A stretch of 64,000 bases of DNA, taken from positions 32,001-96,000 of the IMG/VR virus record IMGVR_UViG_3300027143_000001; one strand, written 5' to 3'. Under the pieces are notes generated by a model. The model was not told where the DNA came from and ran no database searches. It was given only the letters and a program-made list of their open reading frames with translations. Source of the stretch: a virus. The position numbers were made by a program, and so were the translations under genes. Of this stretch, positions 1-11,200 are shown piece by piece (position 1 is the first letter of the stretch; each line of letters begins with the position of its first letter).

Positions 1-1478
1 CCTTGAGGGCAATCTGCATCAATAGCACATGGGCAACCCGAATTACCATTAGGGTTGAGAATAGACTTAAGCCTTCTTCCTAAAGGTCCTCCAGTTCTAC
101 GCGGAGACCTTGTTCCAAATTTTACATACCCATAATCTTCTGTTTCTAAGACACCATACACGCGCAGTTCTTCTCTTTGATCCCATCCGGTGTGGAACTC
201 TATGCCGCCATTACCATTAGGATCGTGCATCTGAGAGCCTGGGCCGCGGTAGATCTCACCTCCAGAAGGTTTAGCACCGACTTTCTGCCATTGGTTAGTG
301 TTATTGATATCAACAACAGAAAGACCCTCAACACACTTGAAACCTTCAGGGCAATCCCCATTTTCCGTGCATTCAAATCGAGTGTAACTAGTACTTACCT
401 GCAACTGTCGTACTTGCTTGCCTTCAATACAGGTATATCCATAACGTGTTGTCTGAGCGTCACCACCGCAGAAATCATAATTCTGCTGTCCATATACCAG
501 GTAACTGCTGCCGTCAAACGCAAACTGGTGTAAGGGTCCTACGTCATCTATGGTAAAGGTCATGGGTACGTTTACTGTTACCCTGTAGTTATACGGCTGT
601 CGACCACGGTCGATGTTGTTCTCTGCTCCACAGGTAGACAATGTTACAGACTTAGTGGAACGCAAAAAGAATCCCAGTCCTGACAGCTTTGTCAGACAGC
701 TTTCCAGTGTGGTGTATTGTTCTTCTTTAATGTGAAATCCTGCAAGCTTGCACAACTCCGCACGACAAGACTCAATGATGTTGCTCTTACCGCCATCCAT
801 CATGTATCCATGACCACCAGCGTTAAGCACCGTGCAGTTCTTCAATGCTGAACTGCGTGCACCCAGCATGTAAATGCCATGGTTACGCGCGCCATCCACC
901 AGCACATTGCTCAGCACTACATCATCAATGAATTCAGTACTGGAAAACGGGCTGCCTTTGATGATGTGCAAACCACCAGCGCCTGTTCTTGTGTATACAG
1001 TGCTCTCGTTGTCATCGTCCACCTCAATCAAAGATGCAAGTCCTTTAAGTTCTATGTCATGCAGTTCAAACCCGTGGCGTGATACCCAGCTCTGTGTTTC
1101 TGCCATCTCAGCGGTAGCACCCACAAAAATGTGGTAGCCTGCGCCCTGCGTGGTCATAAACAAACGGGTCACGCTTTGATCCGTAGTACTTACACCTGCG
1201 CGGCTGACACCCTTGATTTTTACATTGGGTGCGTACACATTGAACATGTTGGTGTTCCCTGCCCCTGTATAACCCAGGGTGATGTTACCAAAAAGCAATG
1301 TGACAGAACGAGTAATGTTAATGGGTGTTCTGAAATTGACACGTCCTGCGTAAGACGTGCAGTCAATGACAGTACCAGGCGCTGCGTTGTTCACAGCGTT
1401 TTGCAGTTTAGCAACAAAGTTCGTTGCTGATACTTGCGGTGTACCAGGAGCAAAGGTTTCAAGTTTTATAGTGGCCAT
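1..1478 (-). CDS. Tailspike-like protein with right-handed beta-helix (pectate lyase-like) region and Cys-rich repeats; 3' end lies outside the window
   Basis: Absent from the ORF track. Hand translation from ATG 1478 (MATIKLETFAPG...) stays open to position 1. It has beta-helix-type rungs (SNVLVDGARNHGIYML, KNCTVLNAGGHGYMMD, ESCRAELCKLAGFHIK) and two CxxxxDCPxG motifs. Confidence 0.65.
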   Translation of the reverse strand, partial: MATIKLETFAPGTPQVSATNFVAKLQNAVNNAAPGTVIDCTSYAGRVNFRTPINITRSVTLLFGNITLGYTGAGNTNMFNVYAPNVKIKGVSRAGVSTTDQSVTRLFMTTQGAGYHIFVGATAEMAETQSWVSRHGFELHDIELKGLASLIEVDDDNESTVYTRTGAGGLHIIKGSPFSSTEFIDDVVLSNVLVDGARNHGIYMLGARSSALKNCTVLNAGGHGYMMDGGKSNIIESCRAELCKLAGFHIKEEQYTTLESCLTKLSGLGFFLRSTKSVTLSTCGAENNIDRGRQPYNYRVTVNVPMTFTIDDVGPLHQFAFDGSSYLVYGQQNYDFCGGDAQTTRYGYTCIEGKQVRQLQVSTSYTRFECTENGDCPEGFKCVEGLSVVDINNTNQWQKVGAKPSGGEIYRGPGSQMHDPNGNGGIEFHTGWDQREELRVYGVLETEDYGYVKFGTRSPRRTGGPLGRRLKSILNPNGNSGCPCAIDADCPQ

Positions 1479-1479
1479 A

Positions 1480-1752
1480 TTACGATAGAGTTAAATTCAG
1501 TTGGTCAGCTGCCCAGATAAACGCTTCTGGTGTTGCATTAGCACCGGTGTTCCAGGTGGTATATGCGGCACCGCTCAGCGTAAGATTACCATTGGTGACA
1601 ATATCGTCATCTGTGGTACGCAGCTCATAATAGAACACGGCCTGACTGTACAGGTCGTCTGCTATTACCCGCAGTAAAAGTTTAGTAGCTGATTGTGTGA
1701 TTCCGTCCTTCCAGATGTTTACCGGAGAGATGTCATTGATCATGTCATTCAT
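1480..1752 (-). CDS. Small tail-fibre-associated phage protein (90 aa)
   Basis: Co-oriented ORF between fibre and spike genes; resembles small tail accessory proteins of Bacteroidota phages (GNLTLSGAAYTTW...AFIWAADQLNLTL). Confidence 0.6.
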   Translation of the reverse strand: MNDMINDISPVNIWKDGITQSATKLLLRVIADDLYSQAVFYYELRTTDDDIVTNGNLTLSGAAYTTWNTGANATPEAFIWAADQLNLTLS

Positions 1753-1780
1753 TTATACTTGTGAAAAAATAAGGTTGGAC

Positions 1781-1912
1781 TTATGGTGCTGGGTCTGGGT
1801 CAGGTACTTCCTCCCAGATCTCTACATAGTTGCCGTGAGCCTGGGCCTCCTCCAGACTTAGCGTTTCAATATACCCGTTGTCAAATAGCATCCTGTACTT
1901 ATGCATGATCAT
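1781..1912 (-). CDS. Small hypothetical protein (43 aa, MIMHKYRMLFDNG...EEVPDPDPAP)
   Basis: Hand translation. The ATG overlaps the upstream TAA (TAATG coupling) and the ORF fills the intergenic gap. Below the track length cut-off. Confidence 0.6.
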   Translation of the reverse strand: MIMHKYRMLFDNGYIETLSLEEAQAHGNYVEIWEEVPDPDPAP

Positions 1913-4900
1913 TATTTGGTATTTGTGTATGTCTGCCTATAGTAGAGATAATCAGCGAAGAAAGTACGTGACGTGGTACCAACAGCTTTTGCAATATTTA
2001 GTTTTGCAACTATTGTTTGTGATGCACCCGTTGGTATGTTAGTACTATGCGTTGCCACAGCCACAGCCATGTCGTTAATAAAGTATTGTGCAGAATTACC
2101 TGCAGCATTGATGACGACCTTTAGTTTTACCCATGCACTGTTTGACACTGCCACCGCCGTAGTAGTCTGTGTTCTCACAGAGTTTGCGACGGAAAGGCAC
2201 TGCCAGTTGGCAGAAGCGACCGATCCATTGAGTGTGCCACCCTCATCATAAGTAAAAAATACACCATTGGTTTCTGCGGAATTGGTGGCAACACTACCAT
2301 ACCCTATAACAATACGGTACCTCTCAGTAGCGGTACTCAGAATTGGTATAAAAACCGATGTTTCATACACCATCTCGCCACCACCAGTAATCAAAAAATT
2401 AGATGCAGTGGTTGTGCCAAAAATACCAGAAACACCGGTAGCAGTTGTACCTGTAGCAGGCTGAATAAACCCTTGTTGGTTGGTAGCCCTAACAGTAGGA
2501 ACCGAACTTGGTACAACGGTCGCGCCAGCACCGCTCCAAAAAGCTGTATGACCTGAACCATCAGTACCGCCTGATGTAGAAACCGTAGTTAAAAAATCAT
2601 TGAAAAATTCGTAACCGTATTTTGAACGGTCACCATCAAACACAAGTTCATTGCCTGATCCCAATAGCGTATCACCGTGTATACTTTTGATGTTGGTACC
2701 AGATACCAGTGCAGCCTGTTTACCATTGAACGTGTTCCAGTGTGCAGCAGACAAGTAACCGTCAGTTGTGGTAGTGGCTTGCGTAATGCTGAATACCCCT
2801 GTGGTGTTGTTATACTGAACAGGTGCTGTTGCTGACAAGTCTGTCAGTGCAATGCCGCCACCAGGTGCCGTCTGGAATTCAACTTCACCAGATGCGGGAT
2901 CAACCAGCGTCAGCACGTCTCCCGTAGAAGCAGATGAGTAGTTTAGCGTTTTGATATATATACCCGTAGGCATTACATCAATACCTGCAGCTCCACTGGC
3001 ACCTGATGCAATCAGTGTAATATAAGCGTCTCCTCCACCAAACACAGAGACCATGAGACGAGCTTGTTGCACACTATCGTCTACGTTTATATCCACAAAC
3101 TTGGTGGAATTGAACGAGTATTTACCAACGTTATCCCAAAAAAAGTCATATCCTGCCACATCAATGTTGTTGATCTGGTTGAGTAATGCATTGTTAGTTA
3201 TTACATCCTGCAAACCATACTGAGGCATTTCAGGTATTGATTGAGTAGACAATACACCTGCACTATCTGCAACCACCATTCTGGTATCTATTCCTGCAAG
3301 CACACGAAATTTTACCAACCCTGTTACCAGGTCCATGGCATAATGTGTCAGACCTGTTGTTGCAGTAACTGTAGGGTTGTAGTAAAACCCTGTGAACGTT
3401 GAAGTACCTGTTGTGTAGTTCAACGTTGGCATCAGGTTTATTCCATAGTTGTCAAGACCTGTAGTATTAACTGTGTTACCAATTGCATCACCTGTAAAGA
3501 TTTTAATCAGTGACTGTCCTCCAGTGTGTATGGTACCGTTGTTACTATAGGTAGCATTAAATGCAAATACAGATTTGATAGCAGCACTTGATGCAAATCG
3601 TAAGTCTCCTATAAAAGTCAGAGCATGCGCCCCTGCAGCATTATATGCACTTTGTCTGGTGAATCCATCGGCAGTATGCGATATATGCATCTGATCACGA
3701 AAAGAGTGTGCACCAGTTCTAATGTCTATACCGTAGAAAATACCTTGTGCTCTGACAGATCCGTTGACATCCAGTTTGTAACCGGCATCTGTTGGTGATG
3801 AGGATCCGATGACTACATTTCCATTGGCAAATATCTGCTGCCTTATAATATCCTGTGTTCTGAGCTCTAAGTTTCCTGTGCTGTATTCATTTGACAACAC
3901 CACGTTGAGTGTAGCGTTGTTGTAACCCAGGTACGATTTAGCAGAAGGAGAAAGTGTTGTCTGGTTTATGTAAAACTTCATAAACCCGCTGCTGGACTCC
4001 CTTTCAAATACCAGGTTGTTTGCTTCTGTTCTTAGTCTGGTCGCTGTACCTGCATATATAGTACTGGTAACACCTGTTGCAGTTATACCACCTACAGTAA
4101 TTGTGTTTAAGGTAGTGTTTCCCCTGGTTGTTACACTATTCAGCGTGTCTGCCTCTGCTGTAATATAACCAGCAGTACTGTGATCACCCCATCCGTAAGC
4201 TGTATTCCAGTTTGTAATATCTGTAGATGATATTGCTGCAGCAGCACTTGCCGTAAAAATCGGGTCTGTCTCTGTAAATGAAGTGATAAATCCAGCATCA
4301 TTGGTAAACTGACTAAGTGCTGTAGGTTTGTTCAGAATTTGTGCTTCACCTGTAGTAGCATTCCAGTCAGAAAGAATCTGGCGCAAACGATTACCTACGC
4401 CCAGATCTGTCCAATAAGCATTGCCACCTATAACAGGTGGTACACCATCGTTGTTAGCAAGTGCCGAGTATATATGACCCTGGTAGTACACCAGGTCACC
4501 TACTTCATACTGTGTTCCGTAACCGCTAAAGTGATAGCTGTCCAATTGTGTGGCAACTTTAAGTGGTGCGGATGCATTTTCCAGATTAGTAACACGACCA
4601 TCAATATCTGATGTCTGGCCATAAATGGTTACAATATCACCCTGTATCCCGGTTACAGCAGTTTCCAAGATGCTTACACTACCCTGCAGGTTAATGATAT
4701 CTGCTAGGATAATATCAATGCTGCCATAGATACTAGTGACATCCCCCTGTAAGGTGGTGATGTCGCCCTGTATATCAATGATGACCTGGCAGTTTAATAG
4801 CTCTGTGCAATCAATGCCACCGCCACCTGTTGTCTGAATGACCAGTTCACCACCTGTATAAGTTGCAGTACCGGTGACGTCACCTACTAATTTTAACGTG

Positions 4901-5151
4901 CTCAAGCTGCGCTGTATCTTTTCAATCGCACCAAGCACCGTGTCAGAAGCCATTACAGGATTTGCGTAACGGTCTACTTCTGTAAAACCGTCAAGCGGTC
5001 GCTGCAATACCAAATCAGTTTCCTCAATGCCTGTATGCTTTGTCCACCAACCATGTTTAATATAGGCGAGCACAAAACCAGGATCCGCTGTACTTACAGG
5101 GACTCCTTGATAATCAGGCAGTTCAAAAGGTACAAGAAACTTAGATGGCAT
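1912..5151 (-). CDS. Tail fibre protein (1079 aa)
   Basis: Heptad coiled coil (IQGDITTLQGDVTSI...), CBM5/12-like module (YEVGDLVYYQGHIYSA...AYWTDLG), fibre-typical segments (ETDPIF, WNTAYGWGDH, DAGYKLDVNG, GTNIKSI), and a Thr/Gly-rich C-terminal beta domain. Confidence 0.8.
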   Translation of the reverse strand: MPSKFLVPFELPDYQGVPVSTADPGFVLAYIKHGWWTKHTGIEETDLVLQRPLDGFTEVDRYANPVMASDTVLGAIEKIQRSLSTLKLVGDVTGTATYTGGELVIQTTGGGGIDCTELLNCQVIIDIQGDITTLQGDVTSIYGSIDIILADIINLQGSVSILETAVTGIQGDIVTIYGQTSDIDGRVTNLENASAPLKVATQLDSYHFSGYGTQYEVGDLVYYQGHIYSALANNDGVPPVIGGNAYWTDLGVGNRLRQILSDWNATTGEAQILNKPTALSQFTNDAGFITSFTETDPIFTASAAAAISSTDITNWNTAYGWGDHSTAGYITAEADTLNSVTTRGNTTLNTITVGGITATGVTSTIYAGTATRLRTEANNLVFERESSSGFMKFYINQTTLSPSAKSYLGYNNATLNVVLSNEYSTGNLELRTQDIIRQQIFANGNVVIGSSSPTDAGYKLDVNGSVRAQGIFYGIDIRTGAHSFRDQMHISHTADGFTRQSAYNAAGAHALTFIGDLRFASSAAIKSVFAFNATYSNNGTIHTGGQSLIKIFTGDAIGNTVNTTGLDNYGINLMPTLNYTTGTSTFTGFYYNPTVTATTGLTHYAMDLVTGLVKFRVLAGIDTRMVVADSAGVLSTQSIPEMPQYGLQDVITNNALLNQINNIDVAGYDFFWDNVGKYSFNSTKFVDINVDDSVQQARLMVSVFGGGDAYITLIASGASGAAGIDVMPTGIYIKTLNYSSASTGDVLTLVDPASGEVEFQTAPGGGIALTDLSATAPVQYNNTTGVFSITQATTTTDGYLSAAHWNTFNGKQAALVSGTNIKSIHGDTLLGSGNELVFDGDRSKYGYEFFNDFLTTVSTSGGTDGSGHTAFWSGAGATVVPSSVPTVRATNQQGFIQPATGTTATGVSGIFGTTTASNFLITGGGEMVYETSVFIPILSTATERYRIVIGYGSVATNSAETNGVFFTYDEGGTLNGSVASANWQCLSVANSVRTQTTTAVAVSNSAWVKLKVVINAAGNSAQYFINDMAVAVATHSTNIPTGASQTIVAKLNIAKAVGTTSRTFFADYLYYRQTYTNTK

Positions 5152-5161
5152 ACGTAGATTA

Positions 5162-5189
5162 TAGGAGAAGGCAGTGATACCTCCTCCTA
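5162..5189 (-). promoter_or_regulatory. 10-bp hairpin in the leader of the tail fibre gene
   Basis: Minus strand TAGGAGGAGG-TATCACTG-CCTTCTCCTA, ending 10 nt before the ATG at 5151; no U-tract. Confidence 0.45.
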
Positions 5190-5206
5190 TATAATATACT
5201 CAATTC

Positions 5207-8200
5207 TTACTGATTTTTCTTCATCTGTTGCACTCTGTCTTCAGGGTCAAAGAAGTCGCGGAAGTTGCGGATACCAGTGAGATCTTCAATGTCTTTGACG
5301 ATCTTGGCATCACCCTCTTCAAAGCGTCCTGCCTTGCGGGTATAGAACGCATCTTTCCATATCTGGTAAGCTACATCCCCGTCATATTCAGGGTCTGGTT
5401 CTTCTCCACCGTTGTACATCATAGCCATGATATAGTTTAAACCATGGGAGCCAAAGCGCTTGATTGCGTTCAACTCTCGTGTATACACTGTCAGTGAAGT
5501 AAAGTTCCTGATGTACTCATCAGATCCCCCACCTAGCGGGAACATGGATGTGGTCTCCCCTTTCACACCCCACAGGACGCGCAGCATGTTTCCTTCCAGC
5601 ATGCTAATCTCTTCATCGTCATCATCCTTTCTTCTCAAATAACTCATGGCTGCCATAGACAACATACTCATAATGGCCATCATGATCATATCACGGCGGG
5701 CCTGCGCAATCTTGCGGGAGTAGAAATCCCCCTGGCGTTCTGAAGTCTGACCTGTGTCCTTGTCCATCACGTCAATCAGGTCCATGTTGCTGCCGAACTT
5801 TCTGGCAAGCTTGTCGCCCAGTACCAAGTGCTTCAGTGTATTTGCAGGACCGTAGTATTGCCATGCCATGGACACTGCTCTCCAGTAACCCACCGCTACC
5901 TCACCTGCCTCCCAGTTAGGTCTCAGGTATCCAAAGCGATTAAGTACTTGAGGAATAAGGTATTTACGGTAGAAAAACATCAGCTTACCCAGTACAGTTT
6001 GTTCAAACTTAGCTTGGTCAGACTGTGCGTAGTTACCCTGTGCACGACGAATCTCTGAGTAGATAATGTTTCTCAGGCGGTTCTCATCTTCTTCACTGTA
6101 CTCAACCATGGGATTACGCGTCAACATACCTGAGCTGTCCTTGTAATACGCCTCGTGTGCAGGGACCAATACATCGTTTCCTTCAGCATCCTTCTCATAC
6201 ACTGCTTTACCGCTGGCATCAAAGCTTGCGATCTTCTTGAACCTGTACTTGTTCATCACAGCATACATCACGGTCAAACCGATTTCTGTATCTCCTTTGT
6301 CCTGGATCATGTTACCCATCTCCTGGATGTTCATGACCTTACCCATCACACGGCGAGTGCTGCCTCCGGTTACGTCGCTGACATACTTGGTATAGTCTTT
6401 CTGCAATGGGTTAATCATGCGGTACAACATAGTGCTTTCGGTCAAGTCGCTGACCTTACCCCAGTCTTTGAAGTAGTTAGCCAAAAATCCGTCATATCCA
6501 TAGATCTTACCCTTGGCCCACATAAAGTCGCCCTGGCTAAAGTGGTCACTCTTGAAGTTACCTGCAGCAATCCAGGTCTGTACGTTACCAGAGATGTAGT
6601 TTTTCATCTGGTTAGCTACGTCAAAACCCATACGGATGAACGCCGTGTACGCCATTACCTGCTTAAGTCGCTTTCTCAGTACGCGTGCCTTGGAGTCTTC
6701 GTTCTCCTCCTGGCCGTATGCAAACTTCTTACGTTCAAACTTCAGCTGGTCAATGATCTTATCCAGCTCACGCTGGCGCACAGACATGTCTACCGGTTTG
6801 CGTTCTCCTGTTACAGGATCTGTCACATAAGTGGCACCAGCTTCAATCTCTCTTTTCAAACGACCGGACATCATCTCCAGATAAGTAATTGCGTTGTCTG
6901 CCATAGGCACAGCGTCTTGCATAGCAATGTTGAAGTTAGCCTCCAACACATACTTGATCATCGCACCGATGGCGTCCTGTGTCTGGATGTTAGGGTCAAG
7001 CTGCTCGGTAAAGCGCATGCGAATACGTCCTCCCAAATCTCCATACACGTTGGATACACGCTCTTGCTCTCCTACTGCTCTCACACTTTTATCCACAAAC
7101 TTGCTCCACTCTTTTTTCAGTCCACCCATGATTCCTTCTTCTGCCAGGTTCTCAATAAGGGACGCAGCATAACCGGGTACCATATATCCAACCTTGCGAC
7201 CCTCCACCTTTTTTTGCAGCTCAAAGAACATGTCCATCATCTTGTTGTAAAACGTCATGACCTTTGGGTCAGCCATCAACTTCTTATAGTTGTCATTGAT
7301 GTTTGGACTATTCTCATAACCAGGCATAATCTGGTAGTGGCCGTTGGCGTCTACTGTTATACCTTTAGGCATAGGGATACCGTCAGGGCTTTGCAAAAAC
7401 GCAGGGTTCTTGGCGCTCTCTCTGATACGCTTGATGCTATACTTTGGATGCGGTAACTCCGTATCCATGTATTGATCATACACAGATGGGTTTACCACCA
7501 CCTCTTCGTTAAATGTCTTTGGTGTTACGTTACCACGCACGTCATAACCTTTCGCAATAGACTGGTAAGGCTGATAGTGGTTCATATTATACCACTGCTC
7601 AAAGTCTGTTTCCACTACGTCAAACTGTACGGTGTAGAAACGCAAGTCTTTCTGCGCTTTCTTGATAACATCAGGATCACCCTTTGCACGTGCTGTGGCA
7701 AGATCATTCTCCGCGTTGATCATATTGCGGTATGCGCTGTCCAGCATGCGGTACTTATCGTCAAATAGTTCTGTGTAGTACTTACTCAACTGACGCATGC
7801 TCAGCATTTCCAGCGTTGCGTTTATTGCGCTTAGCTCCTGCTTTTCATCTTGTGTAAGTTTAGGGGCTGTCTTATCCTCCTGGCGCTCTGCTATGATATC
7901 CTGTATCTCTCCCTCAATTCTATCAAGCTCCTCAATCTCTTCAGCCTGCATGTACTTAGGATTGAACCTTCCTGCTGCATCTTTGTGTGGACGCATAATG
8001 GAACGTTTTTCCTCCATAAGTTTTTGGATACGATCGTCTGTACCAAATATGGCAGCACGCGCCTCATACAGTTCAGCCATCTTCTCATACCACTCAGCCT
8101 TTGGACGGTTAATGGTATTCTCTTTCAACCACTTGGCCCACATGTCAGGGTCATCAGCGTATCTGTTGAATGCGTTATCATACATACGCTTGAACAAACC

Positions 8201-11200
8201 TTCATTGGGTATAAACTCAAACAGTTTGTCAAACTCCTGCATGTAACGCGCATAGTCTGGGTTACGCTTCTTGGCCTCTGCCTTCAGCTTCTTGATCTCT
8301 ACATTGATCTCTTTTACACGGTCCAGGTCAGACTCCTCCAGCAACACTTCGTTGCGGGCACCTACCTGGTGCATGATCACCTGGATCTCCAGATACTTCT
8401 TCTGCATCTCGTCGCGGATGTCCTGAGGCAGAAGCTGCTGTAACTTATAGTAAGAATCTACATAAGGTAAGCTGGCATTCTTTTGCAGCCATGTCATGTA
8501 GTTGTCTACTTCCTTTTCACGCTCGCGCTTTTTATCCAAGTACGTTTTCTCCAGCGTTTTCATATCACGCTCTTTTTCACGCATCTCCTTTTCCAACTTA
8601 GTGTTGGTAGGATCTGCAGCCAGTGCTTTGGCAGCTTTGCTGTACACACTGAATGAAGCAATGTAATTGCGGTTGGCATCATACACCTGCTTATTCATCT
8701 CACGCATATTTGTAGAATACGCACGGTATGTCTGCTCGTATGCCTCACTCATGGGTTTGGTAAAGTTGAGCACACGTTTTTCTATTGTCTTACCGCTTTT
8801 TGAATCCACCCATTGTACTGTTCTCCATTCGCTTACAAGCTTGTTAAGATCGCCAATACTCATGGATTTCAGTAGCTCATCACGTGCGTTGTCAAAATCA
8901 AGGTTAACCATATTACGCATGGCTTCACGCTGGGCGTTGGCCTGGGCGCGCTTGAACATCTGTACATATGCACTAACAATCATGTTACTGTCACTCACAC
9001 CTGCAATCAGCTCTCCACCGGATACAATGTTACCAAGACCTGCAAACGCGCTGTTGTTGAAAATATCTTTAGACGCCATGTGAAAATCACTGTTGGGGTC
9101 TGTGACACCCTCGATGAACTTTCTCAAGTCTGCATCATCAAATGACACACCTGTCTCCAGGTATTGCTCTAGGTTCTTGATCTGTATTTCCAGTGATGTC
9201 ATCTCGCCTACCAGGCTGTTACCATTGGCACCCAGCTTCTCCGCAATCTTCTCCTTATACTCTTTACTCAAAAACGACAATGTTGTATTCTTTAGCCAAG
9301 GCATCACACCCGCAAACTCGCCTTTTTGTAACTTGGCAAGCTTGGCTTTCAGGGCATTGATCTTGGGTATCAAACTTTCTTCTGACTGACGTTTGACTCC
9401 CTCAAAGGTTTTCTCTCCCATCATCTTCGCAATCTCTACCAGGTTCTCTAGTCCAGCCTCAGAAAAGTTTCCTTCAATGCGGGCATTAGCCAGCTCCATA
9501 GATTGCAACTTCTTGCTGATCTCAGAGTCCAACCCCAGCTTTTCTTTATTGGCAGGATTACGACGGCCCTCATCCACTATCTCTTTCAGTGCCATGATTA
9601 CACTCCACATCCCGCGGGACTTGTTGTACACCATACCTATCTGAGACTTGTGACGGTTCTTCTCCTTCTGGTTGGTTGCGTTCTTTAGTCCAGCAATAGC
9701 CACGTCACTGGATTCTTCCAGCTGGATCAAGTCGTTTTGCAGGTAGTCCAATACCAGGGAAAAGTTTACACTGGCTGAAGCGTCCTGTCTGGCCAGGATA
9801 TCATCAAAGCTGCGCAGTGTTTCTCTGCGGTCAGCCAATACCTTTCTGCGCTCCGGGTCTTTGTTTTCAGACTTCTCCAGGTCCGCAATCTGTTTGATGA
9901 TGTCATCCAGTTCTCTTTTTACTGCGTTCTTCAACGCGGCCATCAAACGCTCCATGCCTGCCTTTGAAGGTTCAAAGTCAAAAATGTTAGCTTTCTTCTT
10001 AGCCTCCTCTGTCTTAGCAGAACCAGGATAAGGTACTTCCTCATCAATGATACGACGCATGTCTGCAATACGCTGGTCACTGGTGCTAAGTTTGGTCTCT
10101 AACTCATAGTTAGTACCGGGCTGCAGTACACCGCGGGCGTAATCGTAGTAGTTATCCTTGTTAAATATGTGCAGGTTAGCTGCACGGTAACTTCCGCTGT
10201 CCTGATCTGTCTCATACAACAATGCTACAATCTGGCTTTTGATGGTGTTGATACCATGCTGGGCCAGAATGTTTTCATACGTCTTCAGCTGCAAGGTCCA
10301 TGTGTCATACGCTGTACGGTATTGTTTCTTTAGTAATCTCAGCGTACCTGCTTTACCATCAACCTTCATGTTTTTATGTGCCAGATGCAACATCACAGCA
10401 GCCTTATCCATGTACGTTTCTCCTGTAACAGGGTCAGTCACGGTAGTACCGCTCACTTTCTTTGTCTTAAAGTCAAAGATCTCTACGTTACCATCAGAGT
10501 CAATAAGCAACATGTCTAGTCGACCAATCACCATGCTACCACTCTTGGTCATACCGGTAACGGTAATCTCTGGCAGGATCATGTAGTTTTCGTCTGCTTT
10601 GGCAGTTACCTGGATCGCAATACGCGTAGCCAGGTTAAACATCATGTCTTTAGGAAAATCCTTTACTTCTTTTTTCTTGCCCTCTACGTAGAACTTCTCA
10701 TAGCGCTTCTCAAAGAAATCACGTGTCAGTACCTGAGAGATGTTACGACCGGTGCTTAGTGCATCCTGCTGTGCAAGTTCAATCACTTCATGCATAAAGA
10801 TTCCAAACTCTTTGAACTCCTCATACTTGCTGGGATCACCCTTGAAGTCTGCGGAACCGAGCAGGTTGGATACGCTTACGGTCTTTACAGTCTGCTCACC
10901 ACGAGCTGCCTTATCAATGTTATCCTCAAGGAATCTCTGATAAGAACGGTTCATATTGATGAGCGTCTGCAGTTGTGCATTCTGTGCATCTGTACCGCGG
11001 AGCATCATGTTCTCCAGGTGCTTCTCCTGCTGCTTGGCACGTATGAGTTTAAACTCATCGCTGGACAGTGAGATCTGTTCATCTTTCTCCTGGGTAGGCA
11101 GACTTTGCAAAAGTTTGTGTGCGGTGGCTACATCAGGCACCTCAAAGTTGTTCATTTTGTAGACCGCTAGTGCATCACCCTCGCTGCCAAGTGCGGCAAC

